The translations under genes and the position numbers were made by a program. 30,469 bases of DNA from the IMG/VR virus record IMGVR_UViG_3300017909_003333, positions 1 through 30,469 of that record; one strand, written 5' to 3'. The DNA is from a virus (taxonomy: Duplodnaviria; Caudoviricetes). Positions 25,862 to 30,469 of this stretch are shown one piece after another. The notes under the pieces are model-generated. The model was not told the origin of the DNA and searched no databases. It was given only the letters and a program-made list of their open reading frames with translations. Each line of letters opens with the position of its first letter. Position 1 is the stretch's first letter.

Positions 25862-26025
25862 TAATGATCCCCCATCATTTTTTCTAATCGTGCTGGTAAC
25901 ACATACGCCTCATCACAGAAGGAACAACACTCACCTTCATCTCCTAACTCACCCTGTCCTAAAGGCCAAGGATTTCGACCATCATTAAAGAGTATGTGCT
26001 CTTCACATATCACGCATTTTTCCAT
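25861..26025 (-). CDS. Small zinc-finger-like protein (54 aa)
   Basis: Hand translation MEKCVICEEHILFNDGRNPWPLG...ECCSFCDEAYVLPARL; CxxC...CCxxC; AGGAG RBS; below the ORF-track cutoff. Confidence 0.8.
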   Translation of the reverse strand: MEKCVICEEHILFNDGRNPWPLGQGELGDEGECCSFCDEAYVLPARLEKMMGDH

Positions 26026-26036
26026 CTCTGGGACTC

Positions 26037-26237
26037 CTATACAAATTCTTTCAGATTTTGGGGGGTGGGTACTTTTTTAAACTTTCTTCGAGACTTACTG
26101 AACTGCTTTGAAGGTTTATTCCAAATAACAATCTCTCCGTCGGTACACTTAATATATCCGATACACTGATTATTATCATTAAAGATATAATCATGATTAG
26201 GATAATTCCAATCCGTTATCTCACGATACACTTTCAT
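26037..26237 (-). CDS. Hypothetical protein
   Basis: 66 aa, REITDW..PNH.Y...FSKSRRKF; GGAGG RBS; ATGA overlap. Confidence 0.8.
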   Translation of the reverse strand: MKVYREITDWNYPNHDYIFNDNNQCIGYIKCTDGEIVIWNKPSKQFSKSRRKFKKVPTPQNLKEFV

Positions 26238-26410
26238 TCTTGCACCTCCCGTACACTACAATACTGCTCAGTAAGGCGTTTGATTTCCAAAGTGGTAACC
26301 CCATTAGGGCGAGTTGATGCAGGCACATTCTGCACAATTACAGTGGAATTGACTTCCATGTCTTTACATGAAGGAAAGTTTTGGGAAACACAAGTAAAGT
26401 CTAAAGTCAT
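26234..26410 (-). CDS. Hypothetical protein
   Basis: Likely start ATG 26410 (MTLDFTC...) after GAGAG; stop overlaps the next ATG. Confidence 0.55.
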   Translation of the reverse strand: MTLDFTCVSQNFPSCKDMEVNSTVIVQNVPASTRPNGVTTLEIKRLTEQYCSVREVQE

Positions 26411-26480
26411 AAGTAACTCTCGGAATAACACTTAGGGAAGTTATTGCATTTATAGATTACACATTCGCTTCCAGTTTTAA

Positions 26481-26602
26481 GGGGGGTAAAGCCCCCAGCA
26501 GTCTCACATGAACCCTCACACCATAATGTCTGGAACTTTCACCGTGAGCCAACCAACCTTAAGAGGCTGCTGGGGGATTACTCAACTACTCACATCATTA
26601 CA
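26481..26602 (-). ncRNA. Candidate structured RNA / 5' leader
   Basis: 14-bp GC-rich arms 26492-26505 and 26563-26576 (one mismatch) enclose an inner CTCAC/GTGAG stem; intergenic; directly downstream of a perfect sigma70 promoter. Confidence 0.45.
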
Positions 26603-26764
26603 GTACTCATTATAGTATATCTCAGTGGGATTGTCAAGCTCTTCGAGAAATCTCTCAGCGGCCTTCACTCCCAGCATACCATAATCCTTTTGAATACTTT
26701 CCAGGCTCTCGCCTGATACGATTCTCTCTTCTATGTCTAGAACTACAGCGCCCATTCTACTCAT
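26582..26764 (-). CDS. Hypothetical protein
   Basis: 60 aa MSRMGAVVLDIEE...; overlaps the upstream stop. Confidence 0.7.
   Translation of the reverse strand: MSRMGAVVLDIEERIVSGESLESIQKDYGMLGVKAAERFLEELDNPTEIYYNEYCNDVSS
26609..26637 (-). promoter_or_regulatory. sigma70-type early promoter
   Basis: TTGACA (26637-26632), 17 bp, TATAAT (26614-26609); embedded in the 3' end of ORF 26582-26764. Confidence 0.85.
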
Positions 26765-26948
26765 TTTCGTAATACTCTTCTAAGTCTTGCTTTGCAAGTT
26801 TAAGATATACTCCGAGTTCTATCGAAGGATCCTGTATGTCCATTGCCTCTATGGCCTCTACAAGTTTTTTCAGTGTTACCATAGTTGCAGCCTGCTGGCC
26901 ACCTCGCTTCACTGCTTCCATGAAATAATCATCAGTAATGTATGTCAT
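26757..26948 (-). CDS. Hypothetical protein (early)
   Basis: 63 aa; GAGAGGGA RBS; first gene after a perfect sigma70 promoter. Confidence 0.75.
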   Translation of the reverse strand: MTYITDDYFMEAVKRGGQQAATMVTLKKLVEAIEAMDIQDPSIELGVYLKLAKQDLEEYYENE

Positions 26949-26977
26949 TCAATTCCCTCTCATCAAATTACACAGCC

Positions 26978-27006
26978 ATTATAAGCGATAGAGGCGTTAT
27001 TGTCAA
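26978..27006 (-). promoter_or_regulatory. sigma70-type early promoter
   Basis: TTGACA (27006-27001), 17 bp, TATAAT (26983-26978). Confidence 0.9.
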
Positions 27007-27051
27007 GCTTCTAAGTCCTTGATATCCTTGGAGCTTCTAAATTAATTTTAG

Positions 27052-27150
27052 TCTGAGTTGGTGTCTCTGAGCTGTACTCTGAGCGTCTACAAAGACTATT
27101 ATACGGGATGTCTAGAGGTATTGTCAAGCATGGGTGTGGTCGTCTCTGAG
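27052..27150. repeat. Four TCTGAG direct repeats flanking a promoter
   Basis: TCTGAG at 27052, 27066, 27078 and 27145; three extend to CTCTGAGC. Confidence 0.6.
27098..27127 (-). promoter_or_regulatory. sigma70-type early promoter
   Basis: TTGACA (27127-27122), 18 bp, TATAAT (27103-27098). Confidence 0.85.
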
Positions 27151-27195
27151 CTTGACAGGTCGATAAATAATGGTTAAAGCTCCAAACAAGCTCCG

Positions 27196-27369
27196 TTATT
27201 TCGCTGGTTTTTCTGAAAGTGTCCGAAAGTGGGTTTCTGTGGAGAAAAGTGTCGTATCTTCTCCGCTGAACGCTCCATGCCCCTCAAAATACATCTGTAT
27301 CATTACATGTATCATTGTATTCACCACTATGAGCACTATGAAAAGGATATATCCTGTGAAGGTTTCCAT
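27196..27369 (-). CDS. Small membrane protein (57 aa)
   Basis: Hand translation METFTGYILFIVLIVVNTMIHVMIQMYFEGH...; starts 6 nt after the DUF2061-like stop; below the ORF-track cutoff. Confidence 0.65.
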   Translation of the reverse strand: METFTGYILFIVLIVVNTMIHVMIQMYFEGHGAFSGEDTTLFSTETHFRTLSEKPAK

Positions 27370-27375
27370 TCTCTG

Positions 27376-27576
27376 TTAATCCATTCTTATGTGTTTAAAC
27401 CATACTCTTTCATGTATATAATACAGTACTGTCTTTGTCATGATCTCTAGCATTGCAATGGCTGAGGCGACTTCAAATGTTCCTGTTAATATAAACGCAA
27501 GCAAGAACGTATCTGTTGTAGCAAGTATTCTCCACGTAACTGTCTTATACAGATGACGTATCTTATCCTTGTCCAT
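27376..27576 (-). CDS. DUF2061-like small membrane protein
   Basis: KTVTWRILATTDTF...TG...K..LYYIHERVW signature. Confidence 0.85.
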   Translation of the reverse strand: MDKDKIRHLYKTVTWRILATTDTFLLAFILTGTFEVASAIAMLEIMTKTVLYYIHERVWFKHIRMD

Positions 27577-27919
27577 TCTTTCTTATCTCTGTAGCAGATA
27601 TCTTTTCTATCTCTTCTGGCAATGTTTCTTCTGTAATGGTATATCCTACGTTGCGGCCATAGGTGATATCTACAATGTTAGGCACTACCTGTATTACATA
27701 ATCCACATCCTTAGTGAAACCTTGAAAACGTAATGCTTCAACGATAGCATTCTGTCGCATTCCCATACTATAAGGGTTTGAGGAGTTTTCTGGCATGTCT
27801 CTTATCTGTATGCATACCTGACCTGTGCGTTTGTGAGCGCGTTTAAACAGTTCGGTATGTCCATCATGCCATGGTTGCCAGCGTCCAAGCAACTGTACGG
27901 TCGGTTTAGTCCAATCCAT
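27563..27919 (-). CDS. Cytidyltransferase-like (HxGH) nucleotidyltransferase
   Basis: LGRWQPWHDGH and C-terminal ISATEIR (SxT.IR) motifs. Confidence 0.85.
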   Translation of the reverse strand: MDWTKPTVQLLGRWQPWHDGHTELFKRAHKRTGQVCIQIRDMPENSSNPYSMGMRQNAIVEALRFQGFTKDVDYVIQVVPNIVDITYGRNVGYTITEETLPEEIEKISATEIRKNGQG

Positions 27920-28334
27920 TTTCTATAAACTCCTGAAGTCCCTTGACTCCTTTGTCGTAAGGTTTCATTCGTTCCCTGAGTTCGGGAATCGGAATCCACT
28001 CGGTGATTATATGTCGGCAGTCAATGCGAGCCGGTCTTTCAAACAGTGCGTTCGTGTCCTCGAATCTTCCTTCCTTTATCGTATCCATGAATATGATCTT
28101 TGTGGGATTGATTGCAAGGCGTAGGAAGTCGGTTGGTGCAACTAAATCTAATATGCCCCATTGTTTTCCCATGAACGTAGCCTGTGTCATTCGTCCTTCT
28201 GGTGAGAAGTCCCAATTGTCGGTCATCTCTCGTACTGTATCCGCATTGTGATGCGGAATCAAAAAGTGATAGGCGAGTTCTCGCGCAAAGGTCGTCTTGC
28301 CTGAGCCAGGCAATCCGCATATAAGTAATTTCAT
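27906..28334 (-). CDS. Adenylyl-sulfate kinase-like P-loop kinase
   Basis: ICGLPGSGKTTFA Walker A, NADTVR....WDFS.EGR (equivalent to CysC DGD..R...LGFS..DR), FERP; short form, 142 aa. Confidence 0.75.
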   Translation of the reverse strand: MKLLICGLPGSGKTTFARELAYHFLIPHHNADTVREMTDNWDFSPEGRMTQATFMGKQWGILDLVAPTDFLRLAINPTKIIFMDTIKEGRFEDTNALFERPARIDCRHIITEWIPIPELRERMKPYDKGVKGLQEFIENGLD

Positions 28335-29062
28335 GTCAGTCTCTCTATAAAAGGTAATTCCATTTCGTCGTAGGTAATGTTCAAATGGGTCAGGAATCTT
28401 TTGACGATTTCTCTGTCCTCTGGTTTTATTTCTTTCTGTCCGATGTTCTGTCGATTCTCTTTAAGAAAATCTAAATCCCAAGTTCGTGCGTTTTCTCCAC
28501 CAGAGAAGTGTTCGTATAGCGCAACATCCAGATTTTCCTGTGATACGTTGATCGTGCGAAAATTATATTTTGATAAGCGTTCATAGAAAAGGTTCTTTTG
28601 AAAGAAAATCTTTAACCACTTGACGTAAGGCCGTTTTCTTCCTTCTCCAAAGAAACGCATATAACTGCACAACCAATCAAGTAAATTTCTGTTCAATACA
28701 ATCGTTGTATCGGGATTCAGTGCAGACAGTATGGAATCTCCCCACACCAGACTTTCCTCATCGTAAGACTCACAAAAGATATCGGCCTCATTCAGTAATT
28801 CAGTTTCTCCCATTGCTAGCCGCCATGCATATCCACCACGGTCGTTTTCACTGACAGTCCAAATGCTTTTCTCAGCAGACGGCATGAGATATTCCAAATG
28901 ATAGCCATCGGCTCTGACAGCTGTCACCATTTCAAAGTTGCAAGACCTTCTCTCTGGATACATCGCCTGTAGCACCATTTGTGCGTGAGTCGTAGCCATC
29001 TTCGTCATTGATATGACAAAGATCTTATCTTTAAACAAATCTGGGGATAAAGGCGAGTTCAT
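28331..29062 (-). CDS. Sulfotransferase-like P-loop protein, paralog B
   Basis: KIFVISMTKMATT resembles the 5'-PSB loop and LNRNLLDWLCS the 3'-PB R-x7-S motif; start at ATG 29062 preferred over TTG 29083. Confidence 0.5.
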   Translation of the reverse strand: MNSPLSPDLFKDKIFVISMTKMATTHAQMVLQAMYPERRSCNFEMVTAVRADGYHLEYLMPSAEKSIWTVSENDRGGYAWRLAMGETELLNEADIFCESYDEESLVWGDSILSALNPDTTIVLNRNLLDWLCSYMRFFGEGRKRPYVKWLKIFFQKNLFYERLSKYNFRTINVSQENLDVALYEHFSGGENARTWDLDFLKENRQNIGQKEIKPEDREIVKRFLTHLNITYDEMELPFIERLT

Positions 29063-29678
29063 GTTCTTTTTGTTCAACTCCAAGACGTTCGAGTAGAACG
29101 TCTACCTGTTCAATGGTTTCCTTTGTTGGGAGTTCGCCCACGTTAGACCTCTCTCCCTGTAGTTTCGATAATCCCTCTGTCATTTCCACGTCATAGTGTT
29201 GAACCAACTGAGTAACGATATCTCCAACAGAAATATTGAATACGGGAATGCGTTCTCCTACGAGTCGTTTGTACATCAGATTTTTTGCGTAGAAAAACTC
29301 TGTCAGAAAAGTTTCATCGAAATTTCCCTCCACAGTGACCATCGAAATCAAGAGATCGCGAATATTTCTGTTCAATGCAATCACGTCATCGAATTTTTCG
29401 AATAGTTTCACGGGAAACACCAACTCTCGCCTTCCAGAGTCGATAAAGATGTCGGCCTCTTGTAACACGATGGGGTCGTTTAGCAACAATCGTTGTCCCC
29501 AAGGCAGGCCTTCCTGTAGAATGGTTTCTCGAAAGTCTACTCCCCAATCACCGCTGTTAATCGGCACATACAGTCGGTCATACTTTGCGATTCTAGACTC
29601 TGGAAACAAATTATGTAGCACGTGCTGCACATGGGCAGTGCCCATGCGATTCACTGCAATTACTAAGCGCTTACTCAT
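29031..29678 (-). CDS. Sulfotransferase-like P-loop protein, paralog A
   Basis: RLVIAVNRMGTA and LNRNIRDLLIS; colinear with paralog B (EADIF, LNRN, KNL.Y.RL, R.N.G). Confidence 0.5.
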   Translation of the reverse strand: MSKRLVIAVNRMGTAHVQHVLHNLFPESRIAKYDRLYVPINSGDWGVDFRETILQEGLPWGQRLLLNDPIVLQEADIFIDSGRRELVFPVKLFEKFDDVIALNRNIRDLLISMVTVEGNFDETFLTEFFYAKNLMYKRLVGERIPVFNISVGDIVTQLVQHYDVEMTEGLSKLQGERSNVGELPTKETIEQVDVLLERLGVEQKEHELAFIPRFV

Positions 29679-29681
29679 AGT

Positions 29682-30092
29682 TTATATATCTCTTAACAAA
29701 TACTCTACCGCGAGTTCATCTTGCATTTTGAATGCCTCCTTTTCCCAAGGCAAATCAAAATAATCTGTTTTTGATGAAATCTTGCGAGATTTCCACCGTT
29801 TACCCTCAAGGTCACACTCACCTCGAACATGCTGTTTGACATGCACCATTTCATGGCAAACCGTGCGAATTATTTTAGGAACGGAGAGTGTCTTATCGAT
29901 TTGCATAAAGAATTCTCGATTCGTATCTCCAGCCCACATGTAACCATCTGCAATTCCATCACTCTTTGTAATTGACACGTCAATGTCTATGGTGCGATGT
30001 CTGGGAAGCAGACGTGACAAACAAAAAGATATCACGTCCACAATCAGTTCACGTTGGGCCGCACGGCCCCCTTTGATACTTATAGTATTCAA
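29682..30092 (-). CDS. HExxH zinc metallopeptidase-like protein
   Basis: TVCHEMVHVKQ plus downstream Y..LPWEKEA; TTG start in a TTGA overlap. Confidence 0.8.
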   Translation of the reverse strand: MNTISIKGGRAAQRELIVDVISFCLSRLLPRHRTIDIDVSITKSDGIADGYMWAGDTNREFFMQIDKTLSVPKIIRTVCHEMVHVKQHVRGECDLEGKRWKSRKISSKTDYFDLPWEKEAFKMQDELAVEYLLRDI

Positions 30093-30298
30093 AATGTCTC
30101 CACAATATCAGTTTTAAGATCGCGTAGTTTAGAAACCACGTAAGGCACTCTGGGTGAAGTGGTGACGGAACCAGCCCAAGCACAGGCGTCCTCCCAATTC
30201 ATGAATCCCATTTTCTCGGTAGTTGTCATACCCTCCAGAGTTCCTTTTAGATGGTACTTTGTGATTTCAGTTTGACATGGATATAGATCATAAGTCAT
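30089..30298 (-). CDS. Hypothetical protein
   Basis: 69 aa; TAATG-coupled upstream and overlapping the downstream start. Confidence 0.75.
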   Translation of the reverse strand: MTYDLYPCQTEITKYHLKGTLEGMTTTEKMGFMNWEDACAWAGSVTTSPRVPYVVSKLRDLKTDIVETF

Positions 30299-30468
30299 TA
30301 GGCAGTAACCTCATATTCTTTATTCCAAGCACCAACATTGACATCAATGTAGTAAGCAGTGTTAAAGTAATCAGTCATTGGGTCTGACTTGTCGAACCAG
30401 ATATCGCCCTTCATAGCAGCGATAAGTTCAGTAAGGAAGTTTTTTGCATTACCATTATAATGCGTTTC
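30298..30468 (-). CDS. Hypothetical phage protein, C-terminal part (enters from right edge)
   Basis: Hand translation ...NFLTELIAAMKGDIWFDKSDPMTDYFNTAYYIDVNVGAWNKEYEVTA*. Confidence 0.75.
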   Translation of the reverse strand, partial: ETHYNGNAKNFLTELIAAMKGDIWFDKSDPMTDYFNTAYYIDVNVGAWNKEYEVTA

Positions 30469-30469
30469 A

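Noticed and set aside
26447-26454. TATAAATG as a late promoter
   Set aside because: Mismatch in the conserved TAAATA core, and it lies within a sigma70-driven block; too weak to call.
26481-26580. tRNA or intrinsic terminator
   Set aside because: No T-loop/cloverleaf or CCA; no U-tract directly after either hairpin.
27170-27450. Plus-strand ORFs 27170-27379 and 27229-27450, and short TGTATCATT/CACTATGA duplications
   Set aside because: Better explained by the minus-strand 57-aa TM ORF and the DUF2061-like gene; the duplications encode its hydrophobic residues.

Overview
A 30.5-kb segment of a T4-like (probably marine, cyanophage/pelagiphage-style) myovirus genome in three blocks. (1) 1-18404, minus strand: a late baseplate cluster in the order gp5 (no lysozyme domain, HxH tip), gp25, gp6, gp7, gp8, VrlC-like, a small coiled-coil protein and a TLTNKT-repeat fibre gene, with T4-type late promoters (TATAAATA). 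(2) 18458-24191, plus strand: a tightly coupled 7-gene operon transcribed divergently from gp5 off a back-to-back late-promoter pair. It encodes two signal-peptide proteins (Asn/Thr-repeat; nidogen-like plus acidic linker), three membrane-anchored proteins, a GT2 glycosyltransferase and a GNHD-type (PlcP/LpxH2-like) metallophosphoesterase. This is the best candidate for an undescribed system: phage-driven host envelope/lipid remodelling. (3) 24175-30469, minus strand: early-type small genes, three perfect sigma70 promoters, a promoter-driven ~85-nt structured RNA candidate, and a putative sulfation module (two sulfotransferase-like paralogs, APS-kinase-like, HxGH nucleotidyltransferase, DUF2061-like). 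All calls come from reading motifs by eye; no database searches were run.
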